DNA of 64,000 bases from an uncultured Lachnospiraceae bacterium. Lineage in GTDB: Bacteria; Bacillota; Clostridia; Christensenellales; UBA1242. Of the stretch, positions 28,105 through 39,100 are shown in pieces. The position numbers and the translations under genes are program-made. Numbering within the stretch: the stretch's first letter is position 1; the number at the start of each line of letters is the position of its first letter. The stretch is from assembly GCA_964400145.1 (NCBI GenBank), contig CAYNTF010000005.1, positions 2,176-66,175 of the forward strand, written 5' to 3'. The notes under the pieces were generated by a model. It searched no databases. It was not told the origin of the DNA and was given only the letters and a program-made list of their open reading frames with translations.

Positions 28105-28546
28105 TTGAACTCCTTGACTCATTCTCATACTATGTAATCACTCGCATGTTTCAAGTTGTGTTATTGCTTGTCTTTAACAATAATATTTTAACACTAAATA
28201 TAAGAATTTATCAAATAAATAATCGAAAAAACCGCTTCAAATAAATATTTTTTTGTGATGAATATTTTAAAAAATAAGACAAATTTATTTTGTCCCTAAA
28301 TATCGGCACAAAAAATAAAGACAAAAAATAATTAAAAATATAATAAAAAAATAAGAAAAATTGCAAAAAAATTGCAATTTTATTAAAAAATACGCAAAAA
28401 ATAATTAAAATTATCAAAAATATTTATATTTTTTATTATTTTTTTTATTTTTTAACTTTTTATTATTTTTGTTTTTTACTTTATTTTTTTATATTATCTA
28501 TTCAACCATTGTTTTATTATTCTTTAAACATTAATCACAAAAGACC

Positions 28547-29017
28547 TTAAATTTCGTTGTTCATTTTAAAATAATTTTCCTTTAACATCTTTAAGGAATT
28601 TTTCTTATTTTCTATAACAATTTTTAAATCTTGTCTGATATGCAAATTTTCCACTTTTTCAAAAATGTTTTTTGCTTCAATGATACTTATCTCCAAGAGT
28701 TCAATATCTTCGGAAAATATTTCGTGCAAACTTTTTATGTACTCAACATTATACCCAGACAAAAACTTCCGCGAAGAAGAATAATATTTGTTGTCACCAC
28801 CTATTTTCAACAAGATTTTGCTTAAAATTTGACAATTTTTCAATTCGTTTTTATATAACTTTTCAAAACAATCGCAAAACCGCTCATTGAAAACAAGCAT
28901 TTGATTATATTGATAAAAAAACTGCATAAACAAAACGAACGAACCTTTTGACCCGCCATATAAGTTTTGAATCAACCCCTCATAATAAGAGTTGGTTTTA
29001 TAAAATTTTTCAGCCAT
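28547..29017 (-). CDS. Ferritin-like/manganese-catalase-fold (CotJC-like) small protein, divergent
   Basis: LIQNLYGGSKGSFVLFMQFFYQYNQM...ELKNCQILSKILLKIGGD resembles the ferritin-like helix pair. ATG at 29017. It immediately follows the RluA-family gene. Confidence 0.35.
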   Translation of the reverse strand: MAEKFYKTNSYYEGLIQNLYGGSKGSFVLFMQFFYQYNQMLVFNERFCDCFEKLYKNELKNCQILSKILLKIGGDNKYYSSSRKFLSGYNVEYIKSLHEIFSEDIELLEISIIEAKNIFEKVENLHIRQDLKIVIENKKNSLKMLKENYFKMNNEI

Positions 29018-29035
29018 AGTCTTTGATATGCACAA

Positions 29036-29854
29036 CTATTTTTTTATGTTCGCCCATTTTGGATATTTCACAAATTCTTGAAAATCTAAATTTTTTATCC
29101 CCAAAAAGTCAAATTTTAAACAAAAACATGCCAATTTTTGTCGATTTTCTTTAAATTTTTTATTAATTTCGTTTTTGCCGTATTTTCCATCACCGACAAT
29201 GGAGTGCCCCAGATATGCCAAATGGGCGCGAATTTGATGTGTTCGCCCCGTCAAAAGTTCCACTTCAACAAGCGTTGTTTCCGTTCCCGCTTTCAAGGTT
29301 TTGACCTTTGTGGAAATTTGCACCGCGCCTTTCTCTTTCTTTTCGCTCACTCTGACATGCGCATTGGTCGAATCTTTAACCAAAAATGCGTTATATATTT
29401 TGTCTGTTTGAAAACAACCTACCACTTCTGCCAGATAGAATTTGTGCACTTTGTGATTTTTGAAAGCACTCTTCAAAATCTCCGCACTTTTTTCATTTTT
29501 TGCAAAGACCATAAGCCCTTCTGTGTTGCGATCAAGACGATGGACCGCAATCGCCTGCAAAACTTCTTCCGAACCTTTTTCGCCGGTCGTTTCGATGCCA
29601 GCATATTTATATACAACCAAAACTTCATCATCTTCAAAAATCTTCTCAAATTTCTTCTCCAACATATTTGAAGAATAATAAAAAACCACTTTATCCCCAC
29701 TTTCAAGCCAGACATTTTCCCTGACCGCAGAGTCATTCACTTTGACATCCTTGTTTCTTAACATTTTGTTGACATCGGCAAAAGAAAAACCATAATCTTG
29801 CAAAAAGGTTACCAATTTTTTCTTCTTTTCGACTATTATTTCTTTTTTGTTCAT
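29036..29854 (-). CDS. RluA-family pseudouridine synthase with an S4-like N-terminus
   Basis: HRLDRNTEGLMVFAKN (catalytic Asp motif), KFYLAEVVG, TGRTHQIRAHLAYLGHSIVGDGKYG. Confidence 0.85.
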   Translation of the reverse strand: MNKKEIIVEKKKKLVTFLQDYGFSFADVNKMLRNKDVKVNDSAVRENVWLESGDKVVFYYSSNMLEKKFEKIFEDDEVLVVYKYAGIETTGEKGSEEVLQAIAVHRLDRNTEGLMVFAKNEKSAEILKSAFKNHKVHKFYLAEVVGCFQTDKIYNAFLVKDSTNAHVRVSEKKEKGAVQISTKVKTLKAGTETTLVEVELLTGRTHQIRAHLAYLGHSIVGDGKYGKNEINKKFKENRQKLACFCLKFDFLGIKNLDFQEFVKYPKWANIKK

Positions 29855-29860
29855 ATATAT

Positions 29861-29889
29861 ATTTTACAAATTTACAAACAAATTTACAA
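29861..29889 (-). promoter_or_regulatory. Candidate promoter TTGTAA-17-TAAAAT, 6 nt before the RluA-family ATG
   Basis: On the minus strand, -35 is TTGTAA (29884-29889) and -10 is TAAAAT (29861-29866). ATATAT then precedes the ATG (29852-29854). No Shine-Dalgarno. Three TTTGTAAA direct repeats span the region. Confidence 0.4.
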
Positions 29890-29906
29890 ACAAAAAAGGG
29901 GTGAAA

Positions 29907-30155
29907 ATGGAAAGTATCAATCTTGAAGACAGAAAAAAGTTGACACTTATGGGTGCAACAAAAATGATTTCTTCAACAAATTCTCAGGCTGTGGTGGAAG
30001 TCGGCGATAACAATGTTGTGATAAGCGGAAGCGACATTGAAGTGACAAGACTCAATTTGGACAACAAAGAAGTTGTGTTCACGGGAAATTTTATCGGCAT
30101 TAAATATGCTTTAAAAACACAAAAAACACCATTGCTTAAAAGGTTGTTTAAATAG
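29907..30155 (+). CDS. yabP: Sporulation protein YabP
   Basis: ATG at 29907 after GGGGTG. ...LEDRKKLTLMGATKMISSTNSQAVVEVGDNNVVISGSDIEVTRLNLDNKEVVFTGNFIGIKY matches the YabP pattern. yabQ follows. Confidence 0.8.
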   Translation: MESINLEDRKKLTLMGATKMISSTNSQAVVEVGDNNVVISGSDIEVTRLNLDNKEVVFTGNFIGIKYALKTQKTPLLKRLFK

Positions 30156-30518
30156 ATGTTATATGAAACATTATCTCAACCGCTCATTTTTCTGTTCATG
30201 ATTATTGGCGGAATTTTAAGCGGTTTTCTTTTTGATTTAAAAAACATTGTTCTTTATTTTTTCAATAAAAACAAATTTATTTGCCACTTTTTGATGTTTT
30301 TTTCGTGTTTTTCTGCGTTTTTTATATTTTTTTTGATAAATTTGAAAGTTAATTATGGCGAATTTAGATTTTTCATAATCGCAACTTTTGCACTGACTTT
30401 TTCACTTGAAAGATTTATAATCAAAAATTTTGTTGAAAATCGCATTGAAAAATGTTATAATAGATTCAAGGAAAAACACAATGCAAGAAGAAACAAAAGA
30501 AACCAAAAGAAGATTTAG
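30156..30518 (+). CDS. yabQ: Spore cortex biosynthesis protein YabQ
   Basis: Small polytopic membrane protein with the NYGEFRFF motif. It starts the nucleotide after the yabP stop. Confidence 0.7.
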   Translation: MLYETLSQPLIFLFMIIGGILSGFLFDLKNIVLYFFNKNKFICHFLMFFSCFSAFFIFFLINLKVNYGEFRFFIIATFALTFSLERFIIKNFVENRIEKCYNRFKEKHNARRNKRNQKKI

Positions 30519-30732
30519 CGCTTTTCAAATCACCTGCATGGTGCTGGTTGGCATTTTGCTGGTGGTTATCATTGTGCAAATCGGAATCATGGTCAACCTA
30601 AAACAAAAAACCGAAGAACTGTATGACAAAAACGACAACTTGCCGGTTGTTGATGACGACGAATCGGAAACTGAATTTGAATGGTCAGTGAATTTTTTGT
30701 CGGCAATTAATGATTTTGAAAGGTCAGAATGA
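30481..30732 (+). CDS. Small bitopic membrane protein in the DivIC/FtsB position
   Basis: MQEETKETKRRFSAFQITCMVLVGILLVVIIVQIGIMV plus a short charged tail. The yabP-yabQ-divIC order is known from Bacillus. There is no sequence-level proof. Confidence 0.35.
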   Translation: MQEETKETKRRFSAFQITCMVLVGILLVVIIVQIGIMVNLKQKTEELYDKNDNLPVVDDDESETEFEWSVNFLSAINDFERSE

Positions 30733-30884
30733 AAATAGTTTTTAGTGACATGAAAAATATGGACTAAAAGAAAGTTAAATAAGGACAAAATTCAGATTTA
30801 GACATTAATGGAAAAGATAAATAAGAACTTTTCGAATAAAGGTCAAAATAAACAAAACATAAAACCTTGAACTATGGGGAAAAT

Positions 30885-30925
30885 CAAAAAATATAGACAA
30901 AAATCTGTCTATATTTTTATTTTTC
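30885..30925. terminator. Bidirectional rho-independent terminator between the yabPQ operon (+) and tmk (-)
   Basis: ATATAGACA (30891-30899) pairs with TGTCTATAT (30906-30914). It is flanked by an A-run 5' and TTTTTATTTTT 3'. Confidence 0.65.
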
Positions 30926-31567
30926 CTATTTTTGTTTTTTGTTATATCTTCTCTCAAATTCGCTGACAATATCGTCAAAAACTTCATCAATTTTCTTCGA
31001 TGCGTCCACAATATGAAAACGCTTTTTGTTTTCTCTGGCAAGTTTATGATATCCTGCGCGCACTTGATTGTGATATTCCTTTCCCTTCTCTTCAATTCTG
31101 TCAAAATTTTTGAGTTTGTCATCTTTCAATTTTCTGCCCATGCCAGCATCATAACTCAAATCCAACAATATAGTTAGGTCTGGGATTGCGCCGTCGCCTA
31201 TCGCAAACTTTGTTATCGTCTTTAAATCGTTCAATTTCAAATTGCCCGCAAAGCCTTGATATGCATAAGAACTGTCAAAATATCTGTCCATGACAACAAT
31301 CTTTCCGCTTGCAAGCGCAGGCTTGACCACAGTTTCAATCAATTTGCTTCGACTGGCTGAAAGGAGCAAAAACTCAGTCTGCGGAGAAAGTTCAGTTTTT
31401 TCGTGAAGTAATATTTCTCTGATTTTTTCACCTGTGTCCGTTCCGCCAGGCTCACGCACAAGCACAAAATCATACCCATTGCTCTTCAAATATTCAGAAA
31501 ATTTTTTAATTTGTGTGCTTTTTCCGCAACCTTCACCACCTTCAAAAGAAATTAAAAACCCTTTCAT
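30926..31567 (-). CDS. tmk: Thymidylate kinase
   Basis: MKGFLISFEGGEGCGKSTQ (P-loop), VREPGGT, MDRYFDSSYAYQG. GGGGTG Shine-Dalgarno before the ATG at 31567. Confidence 0.95.
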   Translation of the reverse strand: MKGFLISFEGGEGCGKSTQIKKFSEYLKSNGYDFVLVREPGGTDTGEKIREILLHEKTELSPQTEFLLLSASRSKLIETVVKPALASGKIVVMDRYFDSSYAYQGFAGNLKLNDLKTITKFAIGDGAIPDLTILLDLSYDAGMGRKLKDDKLKNFDRIEEKGKEYHNQVRAGYHKLARENKKRFHIVDASKKIDEVFDDIVSEFERRYNKKQK

Positions 31568-31801
31568 TTTCACCCCTTTTCATTTGTTGAAACCGATATT
31601 TCATTAAATGCCCGCCAAAAACACTATCCACTCTTCCCTGTGGATTTCATCCAATTTCAATAATCTCGACAAAACAAACGATGAAAAATTTAATTTTTCT
31701 TCATGTTTTGACTTTTTATGTATTTTTTTTGAATTATTTCTTCAAATTATTTGAAATTTTAATCTATTCAAGCGAAACTGATTGATTTATTTTTTTGATT
31801 C

Positions 31802-32971
31802 TTATTTCTTTCCCTTCTTGGAGTGGCAACCACAATCATCTTCACCGCAAGCACATTTGCTTTCGTGATGGTCATCGCAGCAATCGTCTTCCACTTCAAG
31901 AATATATTTTTCCAAACTTTCTTGTTTGTAGAAATTCTCTGGCATATACTCTGTGGTGAAATATCCCGCCGGTGCAACAAGCACTTCTGGAATTCTGTTC
32001 ACAACACTTGCACATGTCAATTCAACAGTGGCTGGACGCTCAATGACAACTCTTGTGTTTGGCTCACCTTCAATCGTCCAATCGTTGCAATCGAAATCGT
32101 TGCTGTCATACACCTTGCCGATACATTCAGTTTCAAGCACAATGCCTTCTTTTGTCATTGTTGTGACAACCGCGCTCATGCCCGTGCAAGCACCCTTTGG
32201 AATTGTTATTCCCAAAGTTGAACTTTTGATTGCTTTCTTTGCAATTTGTGGAACACATTTTTGTGTCTGTGATTTGACAGTCAAACCAAGTTTACTGCAA
32301 AGCCAACCATTCACATTCCACATATAACTTGGTGCATATTTGCCCGAATTGATAACTTTTTTGCGCTCTGCATCACTTATTCTGTCAGCAGAAGCAACCT
32401 GATCATCAAACTCTTTGAGAGAAAGTCCTGCGCCATGTGCCCGTGCAAGCGCAATGCCATAATCTTCAACATTATAACTTGATTTTCCCGTAATTTTTGT
32501 GATTTTGTGTGTTGCGCCAGCAAGCACGCTTATCAAATTGCCCCAGAAAACATCTTGATATCCACTTCCACAAATTGTGCATTCATTTTCTTCTGCCAAG
32601 TCGTTAATCTTTTTGAAGAGTTTTGGATTGCTGTTTTGTGGGAAAAACGCTTCTTCGCAAGTTGTTATGGCATTGACACCACATTTTGCGCAAGTGAGAA
32701 GAGCATCACCAACATCTGCAAGCAGACTCATTGTTGTGACAATAACAATGTCAACATCATGGCTCATCAAAAACTTTTCAAAGTCCTTGGCATCCTGCAC
32801 TTTCACTTTGTAATTCTTGTTGTCGCCAATAATCTGCCCTATATCTTTGCCAATAATGCTTTCATCAATATCGAAAGCTCCGACAATTTTTGCGCCCTTT
32901 TCAAAAACATAGCGCATGGTGTATACGGACATTTTTCCGCATCCATATTGAACAACATTGATTTTATTCAT
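31802..32971 (-). CDS. NAD(P)-binding DapB-like/amine-dehydrogenase-family oxidoreductase with a Cys/His-rich C-terminal tail
   Basis: Rossmann start INVVQYGCGKMS; the GSGYQDVFWGNL region resembles the 2,4-diaminopentanoate dehydrogenase/DapB-N family. GGGAGGG Shine-Dalgarno. Tail: DDCCDDHHESKCACGEDDCGCHSKKGKK. Confidence 0.5.
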   Translation of the reverse strand: MNKINVVQYGCGKMSVYTMRYVFEKGAKIVGAFDIDESIIGKDIGQIIGDNKNYKVKVQDAKDFEKFLMSHDVDIVIVTTMSLLADVGDALLTCAKCGVNAITTCEEAFFPQNSNPKLFKKINDLAEENECTICGSGYQDVFWGNLISVLAGATHKITKITGKSSYNVEDYGIALARAHGAGLSLKEFDDQVASADRISDAERKKVINSGKYAPSYMWNVNGWLCSKLGLTVKSQTQKCVPQIAKKAIKSSTLGITIPKGACTGMSAVVTTMTKEGIVLETECIGKVYDSNDFDCNDWTIEGEPNTRVVIERPATVELTCASVVNRIPEVLVAPAGYFTTEYMPENFYKQESLEKYILEVEDDCCDDHHESKCACGEDDCGCHSKKGKK

Positions 32972-33052
32972 AAAATCCCTCCCTTTTTGTTGTTGTGAGA
33001 ATTTTTCTCACATTTATTTTATTATATTTTGCAAAAAATTCAAAATAAAATA

Positions 33053-33092
33053 CAGAAAAAAAAGAGGAATTTCTTAAAAATTCCTCTTTTTA
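33053..33092 (-). terminator. Rho-independent terminator of the giant gene (palindromic, could work in both directions)
   Basis: AAAGAGGAATTT (33061-33072) pairs with AAATTCCTCTTT (33078-33089) across a 5-nt loop. The U-run on the minus-strand RNA comes from the A-run at 33053-33060. It begins 13 nt after the TAG. Confidence 0.8.
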
Positions 33093-33104
33093 TTTTTTTG
33101 ACAA

Positions 33105-36100
33105 CTATTGCTTACTCATGTATTTTCGCTTCTCGTCTTGTTTTCGTCTTACTATCAAAATGATTATGATAATCAAGATGAGCAAGAGAAGCAAAATCAA
33201 GAGTAACCACAGCCACCACAATGAAGCTTTTGGTGCTTCCCAAACAGCGTAAAGAATGAGTGAGCCGAAGTCTACATAAATTGTTTCGCCGTCGGTATAC
33301 ACAACTTCACCGTCTTCGCTTGTCGCCCAACCCACAAATGTCATGTTGCCATTTGTGAATGTGTTGATTCTCAAAGTCACATATGTGCCATAATCAACCA
33401 CCTGCGAAATCCAAGCGCCGTCAATGTTTGGACTGTAATAGATGTATGATGTCGACTGAGTTACTTTCGCTGTCAAAGCAAAGTCGGTGGAGTATGCCAT
33501 GAACACATATCCTGAATCGCTGGAAGAATTTGGAAGAGTTATTGTGCTGTCATCCAACAACCAGCCGTCGAAAATGTAACCCGATTCTGTTATGACTGTC
33601 AACTTGATTTGTTTGCTATACACTGTTTTGTATGTGTATGTTTTTGTGTCTTCGTCATATTCACCAACCATTTCAAGATTTATCGAACTGTTCACACCTT
33701 CAACAATCACTGATGACACACCGTCCGTCAATGTCACTGTGAATGTCACTGACATCAAAGTGTAGTATATGCTTATAACTGTTGTGCCGTCACCGTTAAT
33801 TGTTATGCCATTTTCGTAATCGTAATCATCGTTGTCGTATTCATAGCCTTCAAACTCTCTTTGAATCCACTCATATATGTTAATCAGTGAACCCGTTGTT
33901 CCAGAGCCATCATTTCTGTCCAATTCAATAAACCTATTTGCATCTGGGTCTTCACCATAGTAGATGACTGTGTAAGTCACTTCTTCTGCTTCTGTGATTA
34001 ATTTCACTTCATAAGTTTCAATGCCTTCAATCACAAATTGCAATTCTTCATTATAATATCTTTCTCCGTCAATTTCCCAATAAGCAAATTTATAACCCGC
34101 TTGCAAGTTTGCAGTCAATGTCACGGTTTCACCAAAACTATATTCTCCCGCGCCACTGACAGAGATGACTTCTAATCCTTCAAAGGTCACAGTCACATTA
34201 ACAGTGACAGGTTCGTAGTATATCACTATTGTTGTTGAGCCGTCACCTGAAACTGTGATGTCGCCTGAATTGTAGGAGTATTTATAGCCATAAAGACTCT
34301 TCAATTCTTCCTCATCAAGAATGTCACTGATGTTTTCAACAAAGATTGAGTATATCTGTTCTTTGGTGAATTCTGTGTTTGTATAAGCAGAATATTCCAC
34401 TGACACAACAGTTGTCACTCCGTCCGTAACATGCATGATTGCATATTCGATTGTCACTTTGACTTCAACTTCTTCTGGTTCAAGTGTCAGGGTGACATTG
34501 CCTGCTGGCATGTCAAATACGATTGTGATTTCAATCGTTCCGTCTGCGCGTGTGGTTGACGAAAATTCAAAATCAATGTCTTTCGTTTCTTCGTCATCAT
34601 CATCGGTGACAAAAGTTAAATCAATTCCATCTTTATCCAGAGAGTATCCTGGTTTGACAACAATGGTGATTGTCACTTCATCGTCATAACGATAACTGCT
34701 GTCCACTGTCACACTGTCAATTCCGTCATGTTCAGTCGAGAAGTCTAACGAATATGAATTGCGGGTGAAATATGCGTTCACAACACTCGACCCGTCGCTG
34801 GCAATCGTTGTTGACCCTGTGATTTGTGGAGTGGCATTGAAGCCCGATATGTCAACATTTGCTTTGATTGCAGCAATGACATCTTCGCTTGTAATTTCAG
34901 AATTTGTTGTTCCTGTCATTTGAATTTCTTTATCTTTTGTGTAACCACTCAAATCGACATTTTGGAAGTGAACAATGATTGTGTATGGAGTGTCGTCGCT
35001 TTCTGACGCCGAAGTTGTTAATGTAACTTCGCCAGCAATCATCGTGAATTCATTGTCAGTAAGTTCAACATCTCCGCTTGTCACTGTGAATATCGCGTTC
35101 TCATACCCTTGGGCTGCGACGATTGTCAGCGTGACAGTGTCTTCATACAAGATTTTGTAGATGTTGAATTCGTCATTATCTTCACTTGCCTCAACCACTC
35201 CGTTTGTTGTTGTGACAGTGAAGGATGCAACGCTTTCTGACTTGTAAATTGTCAAATCATAGGTCTTTCGAGCAAAGTAGATGTTGATGACTGTGTCATC
35301 TCCAATCGTAACCGGACTTGCGTTGTTTTCGTTGCCTGAATCATATTCAAAGCCCACGATTGCAGTTTCGTAATCTGTATCTTTGATGAAACTGTTATAG
35401 ATTGTCGAAGCAGAAACACTTTGCCCATAGCCATATATGAAGTTTTCATCTGTGATTGTTTTTGATTGAGCGTCTTCGTATGTTCCGTCCAAGTTCTGCA
35501 TAATGATGTTCACGGTGAACGAAATCTGTCCCAATCCCCAATTCACATAGAGTGTCACAGTGTTGCCGTCGATTGCTGTCAATTTGCTCAACTCTAAGGT
35601 TGCGGTTTCGGAAGTTAAAATTAAGTCGATTTTGTTTCCATTATCATCGTAATAATACCAACCATAGAAGTAATGTCCAGCATATTCCCAATTCAAGTTC
35701 TCATCGGTGAATGCAGGAATGGTGACAGTTTGATTGTATTTGAATGTGCCTTCAAGTTTGTAGATTTGTCCGTTTTCTTCCGACGAACTCAACACAATCT
35801 CATAAGTAATCTCTTCCCAAATTGCATAAATTGGAACGATTACATCATCGTCGGTTGCCAAGTTGTATGCATAATATTTGCCGTCATAGAGATAAATTCC
35901 TGCGCCCTCGCCTTTGATGTATTCTTCGATTGTCGAATATGCGCCCAAGTCGTCTATAACAGTCACGCTTGAAGCTAATTCTGTCAAGCCCCAGCCGACA
36001 AACTTAAATCCTGTGAATTTGAAGCCGTCTGCGCTTGCAAGTTCAATAACTTCGTCATAAATTCCTTCAGTTGAAGTAATCTCACCTTCCGCGCCATTTC

Positions 36101-39100
36101 CGCTGTAATAAATGGTGTATTCGTTTTCTTTCCAAACGCCATACAGTGAAATGTTTTCTGTCACATTAGATATCGTGTCGCCAAATCTATATGCAATGAC
36201 TGGCTCTTCTGCATCTGCATCTTCTTTGGAAGTTGCCCAACCCAAGAAAGTTCTGCCGATGCTGGAGAATTCAAAGTCAATGACATAGTCTGTTCCATAC
36301 GCAATTTCTCTTGTCTGTCTTTCAGAATCTCCATTTTCCAAGTTAAGATTTCTGATGTATGTCAAAGTCAATCTCTCCATCAAAGTCTTGATTGTCACGG
36401 TGATGTCATTTGTACTTGACAAGGTGTATGTGTATGGACTTTCTGACAACACAACATCTGCTGAACCACCTGTGATTGTGATACTTTCGAATGTGAAGTG
36501 GTCTTCAAGTGCAAATGTGATTGTCAATGTGGAAGTGTATTGCACTTTAAATGAGTTGTTTGTTTCGGAATAGGTGTAGGTCTTTTGACCATCCGTTGAA
36601 GTGTATGTGATTGTGACAGAAGCCACACCATGTGCTTCAAACTCGCCTTCCAAGGCAATAGTCACATTATACGATTTGAGTGTGTAGTAAACCACTGCTT
36701 CGCCACTGCCGTCAGCCAGGATTGTTGCATCTTCTTCAAAGTATCCAAACTCATATCCTTCCATTCCATCGATTTGTATAAGTCCGGTCTCTGCATTGGT
36801 TTGTGTTATTGTTTCGCCCGTTGTGCCGGAGAGAACTGCGGAGCCCATTAAGTGTTCTTCACCGTTTATATCGATGGTGTAGTAATAGATTCTATACGAT
36901 GTGCCTGTGCTTGGAGTCCAAACTGCTGTGAGTGTGACATTTGAAGGTGTTGAAAGTGTGAATTCGTCGCCGTCAGAATATGTCTTTCCACTTGCGTCAA
37001 CCCAATGGCTGAATTCATATCCAGCATATGAGAATCTGTTGGCAATCAAGGTCACTGTGCCAAGATATTGCACTTCTTGCGTGTATGAGTCTGAACTGCC
37101 AAAAGTTCCGCCTTCTCCAACAAATGTGATTGTGTATGTTTCTGTTGATGTCGTCACATTGAGCGTCATATCTGCCGTGGTCATTGTGATGATGTTGTCG
37201 GCATATCCAACAACTGTTGCATCGCAATAGCCTTCGGTGTATTCCACAAAGACAACTTCAAATCTGACACCAAATTTAACTTTTGCAACAAGAGTTCCTT
37301 CTCCGTTTGAAGTGATTGAAATTCTGTCATCTTCTCCTGTGCCTTTCCATTCGTCAAGTGCCGAAACTGAAATCTCTTGCAAGCCTTGGTCATAGTTGAC
37401 TGTCAAGGTGAAGTATGCTCTTGTGTAGTAAACCTTAAACACACTGCCTTCTTCCATTTGTTCAATGGTCAAAATGCTTGAATTTGTGTCAAGGACATAG
37501 TTTTCAACACTTCCGGCTTCGATTGTCAAACTTTCGTCTTGTTCCGCACTGCCATTTTCAGTTCTGGTGTTTTCAAATTCGCCCGTCGCTGTTTCGAAGT
37601 AGTATTCAACCGTATAGTTAACATAAACAATGTTTGAAACCCAAACAGCATACAATGTCAGACCATATGTGAATGGATATGCATCGCCAGATATGTCGTT
37701 TTCGTCTGCAAATGTATATTCAACCTCACCTGCGTCTGCGTTTTCTTTCGTCAAAGCCCAACCAACAAAGTCATATTTATCTCTCGACCAAGAGAACTCA
37801 GTGTTTGTGATGTATCTTATCACATATGCTTCGCCATAGTTGAATGTTTCGCTATATTCAAGGTCGGAGCCATCTACATTGTAGTAATATGTGATTGTGT
37901 ATTTGATTGGATTGATGATTGGTGTAATTGTAACACTAGCGGCTGGCATTTTTGAAAGTGTGTATGTTCCGTCCGCATTCAAAGTGAGAGTGAAGAATGT
38001 GAAGTCATACACGCCTTCTGAACTTTGTTCAACTGTCAAAGTTTCTGTGTCGCCACCAACTGTCACTTTCCAACCGCCAAACTCATAACCACTTTGCAAC
38101 TGGATTGTGATTTTCAAAATGCTTTCATAGTATGCACGGTAAGTTCCAGAAACAGATTCCATGCCACCTTCGATTGCTTCCGCTGTGAGTGAGTATAGAC
38201 CTTTGACATCTGTGTCAAGCACAAACTCATAGTGCAGTCTTGAATAGTAGACTGAAATCACTGTGTAGCCTGCTTCGTTTTCGCTGTATCTGATGACAGA
38301 ATTTGAATTTCCAAGTCCATCAGTCAAATCTGAGAAACCAAATCCTTCAAATTCTTTGTATGCCTCGATTGATTGGAGATAGGCTTGTGTCACGATTGTG
38401 TCGGTCGTTCCTGTGAACACAAATTTTGAAGTGCCATTTTCTTCGTAAAGTGTGTATTCCGACGAAGTGAAGCCTTGCAAGTAGTATTCAACATAGAATT
38501 TTGCCTCGCCCGCTTCCGTTTCAATTTGAACGGTGACATCGCCGACAACCGTGAATGTGCATTCCGAGCCACTTCCTGTGTTCTCTGCACCTGTGACAGT
38601 GATTGCTTTGAAGTTATATCCAGCAACCAAAGCACTGCTTGCATTGATTGTCACAGTGTCGCCATAATTTACGGTTATAAGTGTTGCATAAGTGACAACT
38701 GAATTGTTGACCATGATGACAAGTCCGCTGGTGTCTGTTCCGACATCTGCGCTTATAATAAGGTTATAACCATTTGCCGTCCAAACTGCATAGAGGTCAA
38801 CATTCTCTTGATAAGTTCTCAACACAAAGTCAGCACCATCGATGTATGTGACAATTCCATCATCTGCATCTTCTTGGGAAGTTGCCCAACCTTGGAACTT
38901 ATATCCTTCTCTTGTGAATTTCGCAGAATCAAGTTTGACTGTTTCAAGGTAAGTTGGGTTGGTTTCTTGCGTGTATGAGTCTGAGTTGTCATATGTTCCG
39001 CCATTACCATGGAATGTGATTGTGTAGGTCTTTGCCGAAGCGGAAAGTGTGATTGTCACCGCTTCTGCTGGCATTGTGAAGGTGTCTTCTGTAATTTGAA

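Noticed and set aside
28105-28128. The 8-codon N-terminal extension (MRMSQGVQ) of the giant lipoprotein ORF
   Set aside because: The AAGGAG Shine-Dalgarno lies inside this extension, 5 nt before the ATG at 28104. That ATG yields a canonical MKK... lipoprotein signal peptide.
28211-28417. A 68-aa minus-strand ORF in the AT-rich region
   Set aside because: The translation is pure Phe/Ile/Leu/Lys low complexity from A/T tracts, and there is no Shine-Dalgarno. I treat it as non-coding promoter DNA.
30805-31122. A 105-aa minus-strand ORF overlapping the 3' end of tmk
   Set aside because: It is out of frame with tmk, which has a clear P-loop/TMP-kinase translation. It also spans the intergenic terminator.
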